DNA from: a virus
Lineage: Duplodnaviria > Caudoviricetes
Strand: one strand, 5' to 3'
Length of the DNA stretch: 64,000 nucleotides
IMG/VR virus record: IMGVR_UViG_3300033068_001172
Location: 4,935-68,934 of that record
Positions 45,263 to 53,150 of this stretch are shown in pieces; the first letter of the stretch is position 1; every line of letters starts with the position of its first letter. The position numbers were made by a program, and so were the translations under genes. Below the pieces are notes generated by a model, which saw nothing but the letters and a program-made list of their open reading frames with translations, was not told the origin of the DNA and ran no database searches.

Positions 45263-46419
45263 GCACTGACTTCGACGCAGACGCCTTCTGGGGCACACCA
45301 CCAACTTCATGCACTACTACAACGAATACGACAAAAACGCGGCAGCGTGGCTCAGGGAACTCATCGCACGGAAACTCATCCCCGCGGGAGAAGTCGATGA
45401 GCGGAGCATCGTTGACGTGCGCCCCGGCGACCTCAAAGGGTTCACCCAGTGCCACTTCTTCGCAGGAATCGGCGGATGGTCCCGCGCTCTCCAGCTTGCA
45501 GGATGGCCCGAGGACAAACCGGTCTGGACCATGTCATGCCCGTGCCAGCCATTTTCCACAGCAGGCCAAGGGGCAGGAACCGCAGACGAAAGACACCTCT
45601 GGCCTGTCGCCTTTGAACTCGTCCGCCAGTGCAGACCTCCAGTCGTGTTCGGAGAACAAGTCGCCTCTGCTCTCGTCGTTGGCTCGGTCAAACGACCTGT
45701 CCGCAAGGATGGGCAAAATCCTCCAGAGGAGGCTCCTGTCTGGCTCGATGGAGTATTCGTTGACCTGGAGTCAGCGCACTACGCCTGCGGGGCGGCTGTT
45801 GTGGCAGCAGCGAGCGTCGGCGCACCGCACATCCGGCAGCGGTTGTACTGGGTGGCCTACGACCAAGGCCAAGGACGGGAGGGAGTGGAGTCCCAACGCA
45901 CCGCCGGGAAGCTCATCGGGGCACGGGTTGGGAGCGGTGGCGCAGATGGCGGGATGGGCGACACCAGATACCTGCGCGGGAGGGACAGGGCCGAGCCAGA
46001 CGGACAGAAATTCGATGAGGCTCCAAGACCAAGTATTGGGATGGACAACTCCGAATGCCCGCGACTGGAAAGACATGGCTTCCCCGGAAGTACTGATCCG
46101 GGCGATGGATGGGGCCAAAGGGTCTGCCAATCTCCCAAGACAAGCGGCAACAATTTCTGGTCCAGATACGAACTCGTCCCCTGCCGGGACGGCAAAGCGA
46201 GGCGCATTGAACCCGGCTCTCAGCCGCTGGTTGATGGGCTACCCCGTGGAATGGTGCCAGTCGGCTCTCCAAGCGTTCAGGACGCTCAAGCAACAGGGGA
46301 AGCGCGGGTCGCCCGGCTCAAGGGATATGGAAACGCCATCGTCCCGCAAGTCGCCGCGCAGTTCATCCTCGCCGCCGAAGAAGCTTGGCACGACAGAACT
46401 GGAGAACTTCTGGGAGTAA
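45259..46419 (+). CDS. Second (beta-like) subunit of a split C5 methyltransferase, overprinted on the catalytic subunit
   Basis: 386 aa open frame; repeats GWPTTKAKD / GWATPDT / GWTTPNARDWK and LNPALSRWLMGYPVEW (motif IX-like); ATGA-coupled start; begins MSTDFDADAFWG and ends ELENFWE. Confidence 0.7.
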   Translation: MSTDFDADAFWGTPPTSCTTTTNTTKTRQRGSGNSSHGNSSPREKSMSGASLTCAPATSKGSPSATSSQESADGPALSSLQDGPRTNRSGPCHARASHFPQQAKGQEPQTKDTSGLSPLNSSASADLQSCSENKSPLLSSLARSNDLSARMGKILQRRLLSGSMEYSLTWSQRTTPAGRLLWQQRASAHRTSGSGCTGWPTTKAKDGREWSPNAPPGSSSGHGLGAVAQMAGWATPDTCAGGTGPSQTDRNSMRLQDQVLGWTTPNARDWKDMASPEVLIRAMDGAKGSANLPRQAATISGPDTNSSPAGTAKRGALNPALSRWLMGYPVEWCQSALQAFRTLKQQGKRGSPGSRDMETPSSRKSPRSSSSPPKKLGTTELENFWE

Positions 46420-46427
46420 AGCCATGA
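45309..46427 (+). CDS. DNA cytosine-5 methyltransferase catalytic subunit
   Basis: FFAGIGG (I), SCPCQPFS (IV), GEQV (VI), HIRQRLYW (VIII), RLKGYGNAIV (X). Confidence 0.9.
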   Translation: MHYYNEYDKNAAAWLRELIARKLIPAGEVDERSIVDVRPGDLKGFTQCHFFAGIGGWSRALQLAGWPEDKPVWTMSCPCQPFSTAGQGAGTADERHLWPVAFELVRQCRPPVVFGEQVASALVVGSVKRPVRKDGQNPPEEAPVWLDGVFVDLESAHYACGAAVVAAASVGAPHIRQRLYWVAYDQGQGREGVESQRTAGKLIGARVGSGGADGGMGDTRYLRGRDRAEPDGQKFDEAPRPSIGMDNSECPRLERHGFPGSTDPGDGWGQRVCQSPKTSGNNFWSRYELVPCRDGKARRIEPGSQPLVDGLPRGMVPVGSPSVQDAQATGEARVARLKGYGNAIVPQVAAQFILAAEEAWHDRTGELLGVKP

Positions 46428-46732
46428 CACCCACCAACCCCATCCCCTTCGACCAGATGTGCCACCACGCGGAGGACTCGTGCAGAGTCAACGGTCTCGT
46501 GCCCGTCGCCTATCGCTGGGGCGATGAGGTGCTCAAGGCGTTCAGGGCATGGCTCATCACCTGCCCGGCCCACACGAGCACCAACTACAACGTGCTGCCA
46601 CCGATGCCCGCCGGAGCAGTGATGATCTATGGCGGGCTGCCCGTCTATCGCATGCAAGCCAACGGCGTTGCCTGCATTGGCCGGCGCGAGAAGCTGCTGC
46701 TCGGCATCAAACCGTTTCCACCGCCGTACTGA
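46424..46732 (+). CDS. Hypothetical protein
   Basis: MTPTNPIPF...; ATGA overlap. Confidence 0.6.
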   Translation: MTPTNPIPFDQMCHHAEDSCRVNGLVPVAYRWGDEVLKAFRAWLITCPAHTSTNYNVLPPMPAGAVMIYGGLPVYRMQANGVACIGRREKLLLGIKPFPPPY

Positions 46733-46733
46733 C

Positions 46734-46910
46734 ATGAGCACTCACTGGATCAAAACCGGCAAGGTGTGGAGCAACCGCTACCACCCGCCCATCTATCGCC
46801 CCGCCAGCACGGCGGCACATGCCAAGAAGAAACCCGGCTGGTTGAGCCAGATGACCGGCGCACGGGTGAGGCTGGAGAAAGTTTTGAACCCACAACTGGA
46901 GACCGTATGA
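46734..46910 (+). CDS. Small hypothetical protein
   Basis: MSTHWIKTG..., 58 aa. Confidence 0.45.
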   Translation: MSTHWIKTGKVWSNRYHPPIYRPASTAAHAKKKPGWLSQMTGARVRLEKVLNPQLETV

Positions 46911-47182
46911 AACCCACCACATCCGAACCCCCATGCCCCGCCTGCGGCGGCACCCCGGCGTCCCTGATCGAGGACTGCATCTCAACCGACCTCACCCCGT
47001 GGTGGCGCTACTACGCGCAGAAGCTCAATCCGTTCAAGAGGCGGCAGCGGATGGTTCCGGCTGACGACGTGAAACCTTTGGTGATTGCACTGCACCACAT
47101 CGCCAACAGAGGAGGTCAGTACCTCGATGTGGCAGAAAAAGCTTACAACGATTTCATCGCCAAATACCCCACCGTCCCATGA
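46907..47182 (+). CDS. Hypothetical protein
   Basis: MKPTTSEPPCPACGG...; coupled overlaps. Confidence 0.5.
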   Translation: MKPTTSEPPCPACGGTPASLIEDCISTDLTPWWRYYAQKLNPFKRRQRMVPADDVKPLVIALHHIANRGGQYLDVAEKAYNDFIAKYPTVP

Positions 47183-47481
47183 CCACTCTCGACCCCGAAA
47201 ACCTCTACGTCCTGATCGGTATCTGCATCCTGCTGTTCTTCGGCTGGGCCGTCCGTGAACTCTACGTCTCGCTGACCACCACGCACGAGCAGCGTGTCCG
47301 CGTCGAGGCGCAGCGCCGCATCCTGCGCTTCTGCAAAAACCCCACCAGGCGCAACTACATCAGCGCGTGGAACTTCATCGACGACGAGCATGTGCGCCTC
47401 GGCGATCTTGACTGGCCGCTGGTGCAGCGGTTCAGCCGGATGGCGGTGCAGGCCAGCTTCGCACCGGAGGCACGGGGATGA
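47179..47481 (+). CDS. Membrane-anchored protein
   Basis: N-terminal hydrophobic helix LYVLIGICILLFFGWAV. Confidence 0.65.
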   Translation: MTTLDPENLYVLIGICILLFFGWAVRELYVSLTTTHEQRVRVEAQRRILRFCKNPTRRNYISAWNFIDDEHVRLGDLDWPLVQRFSRMAVQASFAPEARG

Positions 47482-47819
47482 ACCAAATCAACATCCTCAA
47501 AAACGGCGAGCAATTCGCCCGAACGATTCCGCCATTCTGCGAAGAAGATGCTCAAAACGTCGCCACGATAATCAGGCACCTTCAAAGCGGAAGCTGGGTT
47601 GTTGGCAACGGTGTTTTGCAGATCGTAAACTCTGGAATGGGTGATGAACTCCTGATGGATATGATCAATTTCAATGGTCAAGTGGATCAGGTTTCGTACA
47701 TCATGGCGCATCTATCGGCGATTCAAATACCGCCAAGCAAAGACGAGTGGAGCTTTGTAGAGGAATCTACCCCGTCCGCCGCCCCTTCCGCCCCGGCAGA
47801 AACCCCGGCACAGGTTTGA
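47478..47819 (+). CDS. Hypothetical protein
   Basis: 113 aa. Confidence 0.55.
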   Translation: MNQINILKNGEQFARTIPPFCEEDAQNVATIIRHLQSGSWVVGNGVLQIVNSGMGDELLMDMINFNGQVDQVSYIMAHLSAIQIPPSKDEWSFVEESTPSAAPSAPAETPAQV

Positions 47820-48126
47820 TCTTGTTCGCGGCACGCAGCCGTTTGTAGTGGGACTTCACCGTCTGCACGCCCACTGCCAGCATGGCGGCGATCAGCTTCG
47901 GCCCGAGGGTCCAGTCGAGCTGCTCCCACACCTGCTTGTGCGTGAACTTCTTTTTGCACCCAAGGCTGCGACGCTTCCACGCGGCACGGGCTTCGATGTG
48001 TTTTTCGCAGTAGCCCCGCTTCGGTGAACGGGGCGAAGGTTTACCACCGCAGCAGGGACAGAGCCCCAGACCTTTCTTGATAATCTGGTTGCGGTATTGA
48101 GGTGAAGCATTGTTAAACTTTATCAT
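47767..48126 (-). CDS. Zinc-finger + HTH protein
   Basis: LCPCCGG...YCEKH; QLDWTLGPKLIAAMLAVGVQTVKSH. Confidence 0.6.
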   Translation of the reverse strand: MIKFNNASPQYRNQIIKKGLGLCPCCGGKPSPRSPKRGYCEKHIEARAAWKRRSLGCKKKFTHKQVWEQLDWTLGPKLIAAMLAVGVQTVKSHYKRLRAANKIKPVPGFLPGRKGRRTG

Positions 48127-48207
48127 TTGACCTTATATAGGCTGTATGCCATCATGGATCAATAGTCTATTGCGCCGATGGGCAATGTAGGCTTTTGTCC
48201 CGGCACC

Positions 48208-50517
48208 ATGTCAACTGCCACCACACTCCTCGCCAAGCTCCCCACTGAGAAGTCTCCTCCGGTCCCGGACGTGACGGCATCCACCCGCATCAAACGTGCG
48301 TGCGATGTGGTGGGGCAATACCAGACGCTGTTCAACGAGGACTACATCGCCAGCCGCGACCGCGCCGTGGTGCAGTCCATGGCCGACCGCAACGCCCCGT
48401 ACAGCGACATCATGCTGCGCTCGCTGGGCATCTCCGGCATCACCAACGTCAACTGGGGCGACCTCGGCATTGCCCAGCAGGAGGCCGAGCAGCCGTTCAA
48501 TTCAATCCTCAACTCGATGTCCAACTTCGGCATCGTGCCGTTCAAGAACGGAGCCCTGCCCGACACCGAGGCCGAGGAGAAGGAGGCCATCGTCGCCGAG
48601 GAGTTGCACCGCATGATCATGCGCAACCGTGACTTCCGCTTCAACTGGAAGCTCAAGGCGCACTACTTCACGATGTGGGGTGTGGCCTTCACCTACCGCG
48701 ACGACGAACTCGACTGGCGCTACAAAGTCTCCAGCCTTCAGGACGTGAAGATCCCTCGCGGCACCAAGGCCAGTGTCAACGTGGTGGACCGCATCTTCCT
48801 CAAGGCGGACATGCCGCCCTCCGACCTCTTCAGCAAGATCCAGGACCCCGCGATGGGTAAACTGGCCGGGTGGAACGAGAACGCCATCCGCCGGTCCTGC
48901 ATCAATGCACAGCCCAAGCCGCTCAACACCGCCTCGCCCGAGGAGATGGAGGCGATGTGGAAGGACAACTCGGTTTACAGCGGCAACACCAACGTCGTGG
49001 TGCAAGTGGTCCACGGCTTTGTCAAAGAGGTGGACAACACGGTCAGCCACTACATCGCGGACTACACCCTCAACTCTGACGATGCCGAGTTCCTCTACGA
49101 GAAGAAGGGCAAGTACGCCAGCATGTCGGAGTTCCTCAATGCCTACCTCTTCGGTGTCGGCACCAACGGCGATTTCCACTCGATCCGAGGCAACGCCTTC
49201 AACCTGTTCCCCTCGGCCTCCGCACTCAACAAGCTGCGCTGCAAGCTGGTGGACAAAGCCAACGACGAGGCCAACACCTTCCTCGCGACCGACAACGAGG
49301 ACGCCACCATTGACAACATGATTGTCCCCCGTGGTCCCTACTTCCAGCTCACCACCGGGGTCAACTTTGTTGAGCGCCCCACGCCCCCGGTCGCAGGCAA
49401 TCTGGTGCCAGCCATTCAGGCGATGTCTGACGTGTTCCGCACGCAGTCCTCGGGCATGGCTCCGCGCTCCACCTCCCAAGGTGAGCAGGGGCAGAAGACA
49501 AAGTACGAGCTTCAGCGCAAGGACGAGATGGATTCGACGGGCACCAGTGACACGATGGACATGTTCATCGAGTCGTGGCATTGGGACTACCGCGAGATCG
49601 TGAAGCGCGTCATCAACCCCGAGCTTCAGCCTGAGCACCCCGGCGGCGCGGAGGCATTCGACTTCCGCCTGCGCTGTGAGCAACGGGGAGTTCCCTTTGA
49701 GCTGCTCCGTCAGCTCGACTACGACAACATCAACATCAACACGGGCATCGGTCGTGGCTCATCCGCCGAACGGCGGTCAGTGCTGAGCAACCTGAACGAG
49801 ACCATCTTTGGTCGTCTTGATCCTGAAGGGCAGAACATCCTCACCCGCGACACCATCGCCGCGCAGACCGACTACCGCTATGCGATGCTGCTGGTGCCGC
49901 GTCAGGCTGGTCAACGCCCACCAGTTGATAAACAGATCGCCAACGACGAGAACCAGATTCTCAAGCTGGGCGGCGACGCCGTGGTGGTGCAGAACCAGAA
50001 TCACAGCGTCCACGTCAGCACCCACCTCGAACTGCTGCAAGCCTTTGACGATGCACTGGCGCAGGTGCAAATCGAGTTGAAAGATGCCATCCCGGTGATG
50101 CAGAAAGCCTCGGAGCATTGCAACGAGCACATGAAGTTCATCGACCCTGAGAGCGAGCCCTACCGCCAGTTTAAGCAGGCGCTGCAACAACTCAATGAGG
50201 TCATCACCAACGGCGCGAAACATCTGGAAGCCGACCAGCGCAAGGAGCAGGAAGCCGCTGCCAAGGGCGAAGCGGCACCCGACACCAGCGAAACGCCCCC
50301 CGGCGTGTTCGGCCAGGCGGTGGACGCCCGTGCGCGGCTGGCCATGCAGTCGCAGGAGCACCAGACGGATCAGGAGATCAAGAAACGCGACGCCGATCAG
50401 AAGCTGCTCATCAACGACGCCTTTGCCAAGCAGAAGCTTCAGCATGAGCAGGCCAGGTTTGAGCTTCAGACCTCCCAGCAACAGCAGAAATCAACCCAGC
50501 CCAAACCCACCGCATGA
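48208..50517 (+). CDS. Portal protein
   Basis: About 770 aa; first gene before scaffold and capsid; Gln-rich coiled-coil C-terminus typical of podoviral portals. Confidence 0.75.
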   Translation: MSTATTLLAKLPTEKSPPVPDVTASTRIKRACDVVGQYQTLFNEDYIASRDRAVVQSMADRNAPYSDIMLRSLGISGITNVNWGDLGIAQQEAEQPFNSILNSMSNFGIVPFKNGALPDTEAEEKEAIVAEELHRMIMRNRDFRFNWKLKAHYFTMWGVAFTYRDDELDWRYKVSSLQDVKIPRGTKASVNVVDRIFLKADMPPSDLFSKIQDPAMGKLAGWNENAIRRSCINAQPKPLNTASPEEMEAMWKDNSVYSGNTNVVVQVVHGFVKEVDNTVSHYIADYTLNSDDAEFLYEKKGKYASMSEFLNAYLFGVGTNGDFHSIRGNAFNLFPSASALNKLRCKLVDKANDEANTFLATDNEDATIDNMIVPRGPYFQLTTGVNFVERPTPPVAGNLVPAIQAMSDVFRTQSSGMAPRSTSQGEQGQKTKYELQRKDEMDSTGTSDTMDMFIESWHWDYREIVKRVINPELQPEHPGGAEAFDFRLRCEQRGVPFELLRQLDYDNININTGIGRGSSAERRSVLSNLNETIFGRLDPEGQNILTRDTIAAQTDYRYAMLLVPRQAGQRPPVDKQIANDENQILKLGGDAVVVQNQNHSVHVSTHLELLQAFDDALAQVQIELKDAIPVMQKASEHCNEHMKFIDPESEPYRQFKQALQQLNEVITNGAKHLEADQRKEQEAAAKGEAAPDTSETPPGVFGQAVDARARLAMQSQEHQTDQEIKKRDADQKLLINDAFAKQKLQHEQARFELQTSQQQQKSTQPKPTA

Positions 50518-50879
50518 ACACGGCAGTACTCACCAGCCCCGCCATCCACGATTTCAGAAACTCCGCAGTGCTGCGGGAATCCTTGGCGGAGGAACTGAAA
50601 CTGCCCGGCATCTCGGCCGCACTGGAGGCGCTGGCCCGGAACATCTCAGATTTCTCCACGCCCGAGCCCATCCCCGGTCTGCATCCCGACTCGGTGGTGG
50701 CCCGCGAGTTCTGCACCAAGCGCGGCAACCAGCAGATCCTGAACACTTTGAAGGCCATGACCGTGCCCGTGGGCAAGCATGCGCTTGAGACCGAGATCGC
50801 CGGCATGCCTGCCGCATTCGTCGGCAACCTGCCAGCCGAGTACCAAGATCCTCGCCCGCCGAGCCAGCGGACCAAGTAA
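50514..50879 (+). CDS. Hypothetical head-module protein
   Basis: 121 aa between portal and scaffold. Confidence 0.65.
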   Translation: MNTAVLTSPAIHDFRNSAVLRESLAEELKLPGISAALEALARNISDFSTPEPIPGLHPDSVVAREFCTKRGNQQILNTLKAMTVPVGKHALETEIAGMPAAFVGNLPAEYQDPRPPSQRTK

Positions 50880-50892
50880 AGCCTGAATTTTT

Positions 50893-52104
50893 ATGGACCC
50901 TACCACCACTGCCGAAGCACCCGTCGATCTCGACATGGGCGCACTCTCCGCCGCCCTCGCCGCCAGCCAACCTCAGATCAACCAGCCCGCTGGTGCCGCC
51001 GAGCCGCTGCCAACTCCTGAGCCGCCGAAGCCAGCCGAGGCAGCACCCGTCGAAAAGCCTGCGGATACCAAACCTGCTGAACCTGCCAAGACTGCGGCGG
51101 AAAAGAAGAAGGGTCTCGACGCGCTCACCGGTGAAAAGAAACCTGACGCCAAGCCGGAGGACAAGAAGCCCGACGAAGCACCCGCCGAGCCCGAGGTGGA
51201 CATCTCCAAGATGGGCAAGCAGCAGCAGGAGGCGTTCATCGCCATGCGGCAGGCCAACAAGCGTGCGCTGGAGCAGGCCAAAACTGCACAGGTCAAGGCC
51301 GAGAAGCTGGAGAGGGAGTTGCAGGAGGCACGCAGCAACCCCAAGGACCGTCCCGAGACCTTGGAAAAGCTCAAGCGTCTGGAGACGTGGGAGAAAGCGC
51401 AAGAACTGCAAAAGTCCGACGACTGGCGCACCACCATCACCGAGCCCGTGCGGCGTTCGCTCGCCACCCTGTCCAAGATCGCCGACCGCGCCAAGATCGA
51501 CCCGGCGAAGCTCGAAGAAGCCACCGACATCGAGGACGAGTTCGACCGTCTCGACGCCATCACCGCTCTGTTCGACGCCGCCGAGGCACCCGTCCCGGCG
51601 CATCTCGTCACCAGCGCCATTCAGGAAGCGGCCAAGCTGCATCCGATCTACGCCAAGGCCGCGGAGTTGAAGAAGAATGCCCAGGAGACGTTGTCCAGCC
51701 TGAACCATCAGACCTCGCAGCAGAAGGAGGCCGCCGCCAAAGCCGCCGAGGCCGAGTATTCCCAGCACCACGATCACATCTATGGTCAGTTGACCGAGAA
51801 GATGCCGTCGCTGTTCCGCGATGAGGAGTTTGCCGCCGAGGTGAAGGCCGCACGCCCTGGCACCGACCCCGCCGACCGCGCCTACGAGGCACAGGCCGCC
51901 GCCATCCTGCCCAAGGTGTGGGAGCTGCTGCTCGCCGAGAAGGAAAACTCCGAGCGGGAGAAGAAGGCCAAGCTGGCTTTGCTGGGCACCCGCACCACCA
52001 TCACACCGACCACCGTTTCGACCAAGCCCGTCAGCGCGGACGACGTGGAGCTGGACGAGGATGGTCTCACCAACGCCCTGAACTCTATCAAAGGGCAGCG
52101 GTAA
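50893..52104 (+). CDS. Capsid scaffolding protein
   Basis: Pro/Ala/Glu/Lys-rich disordered N-terminus, long charged coiled coil, position between portal and capsid. Confidence 0.65.
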   Translation: MDPTTTAEAPVDLDMGALSAALAASQPQINQPAGAAEPLPTPEPPKPAEAAPVEKPADTKPAEPAKTAAEKKKGLDALTGEKKPDAKPEDKKPDEAPAEPEVDISKMGKQQQEAFIAMRQANKRALEQAKTAQVKAEKLERELQEARSNPKDRPETLEKLKRLETWEKAQELQKSDDWRTTITEPVRRSLATLSKIADRAKIDPAKLEEATDIEDEFDRLDAITALFDAAEAPVPAHLVTSAIQEAAKLHPIYAKAAELKKNAQETLSSLNHQTSQQKEAAAKAAEAEYSQHHDHIYGQLTEKMPSLFRDEEFAAEVKAARPGTDPADRAYEAQAAAILPKVWELLLAEKENSEREKKAKLALLGTRTTITPTTVSTKPVSADDVELDEDGLTNALNSIKGQR

Positions 52105-52131
52105 ACTTTCAACCCCATACCACACAATATT

Positions 52132-52338
52132 ATGACATACGAACCTCACCAGCAAAGAGTTATCGACGAGAAAGCTGAACTCGACGACAAAGCAAAGAAG
52201 CTCAGCGCATTCATCAGCGAGAACCCTCTCTTCGAGAAACTGGACGCGGTAGAGCAAGAACGCATGAAGGTCCAGAATGATCTCATGTGGCAATACTCGG
52301 AAGTTCTCGGACAACGCATCGCAGCATTCACTGCGTAA
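52132..52338 (+). CDS. Small helical phage protein (crAss001_48-like pattern)
   Basis: HQQRVIDEKAELDDK..KL.AFI...QERM..Q...M.QYS.VL..RIAAF. Confidence 0.65.
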   Translation: MTYEPHQQRVIDEKAELDDKAKKLSAFISENPLFEKLDAVEQERMKVQNDLMWQYSEVLGQRIAAFTA

Positions 52339-52344
52339 ACTTTT

Positions 52345-52542
52345 ATGAACACTGACACAGGATACCTCGTACCGGATTACCAATCCATCCCCGCAGAGAT
52401 GAAGGACAAATTCATCCCGGTTTCCCGCGATCTGACGATGCGGGAAATGCTCAATAAACACATCAATATCTACTCTCCCTGTGCTTGCGGCAGCGGGAAG
52501 AAGTTCAAGTTTTGCTGCAAAACCACACCCACACCACCATGA
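52345..52542 (+). CDS. SEC-C zinc-binding motif mini-protein
   Basis: SPCACGSGKKFKFCC. Confidence 0.8.
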   Translation: MNTDTGYLVPDYQSIPAEMKDKFIPVSRDLTMREMLNKHINIYSPCACGSGKKFKFCCKTTPTPP

Positions 52543-52853
52543 GCAACGAAAGCACCCCAACACCAGACCAACAAGAAGCATATGTTTTTCAGACGAAGCA
52601 ATGGCGCAAAGACCTCGACGAAGTTCTTCAGCGCATCAAGCAAGGCAGCGACAAAAATTTCACCGGGCTGCGTGACCCAGATCACCCCGTGCGTTCCAGT
52701 CGCGAGCGCAGCCTGTCTGTGACGAAAATCGAGGAAGCCATCATGTGGCTGGGTATGGACTTGAAGGCGCAGAACACACCGAATCCCTACCCTCAGAGTT
52801 ACAATCCTGGCTCCACCGCCATTGAACCAACTGCGGACGGGCTGAAGATGTAA
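52539..52853 (+). CDS. Putative Tad1/Acb2-like helical protein
   Basis: SRERSLSVTKIEEAIMWLG resembles the C-terminal helix of Tad1-type nucleotide sponges. Confidence 0.5.
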   Translation: MSNESTPTPDQQEAYVFQTKQWRKDLDEVLQRIKQGSDKNFTGLRDPDHPVRSSRERSLSVTKIEEAIMWLGMDLKAQNTPNPYPQSYNPGSTAIEPTADGLKM

Positions 52854-53122
52854 ACTTTCGCCCTTGCTTTTTGAGCAGGATCGGGCCATCGTTTGGCAGG
52901 TAGCTGTTGGTTTTTACACTTCCCTCCTTTCAACATCGCGGGTCGGCTCTGGGTAGCCCTGGCACGGATGGGACGGTAGCTACCTTTTTGCGGTCATGCG
53001 ATGCAACTCGATCTGTCCACTGAAGTCCGGTTGTCCAAGTGTGAACTCTCCCGAGGCCCAGTGACGGGGAGGATGCAGGAGGACGACCGGGCTTCTCACT
53101 TTTCGGGTGCAAATATTTTTGT

Positions 53123-53150
53123 TTGACACTTTATAGCAAGTATATATAAT
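53123..53150 (+). promoter_or_regulatory. Consensus sigma70-like promoter for the capsid operon
   Basis: TTGACA-16 nt-TATAAT with a T-rich upstream tract. Confidence 0.85.

Noticed and set aside
44410-48160. Additional promoters at 44410 (TTGACA) and 48127 (TTGACC)
   Set aside because: Good -35 hexamers but no convincing -10 at 16-18 nt spacing.
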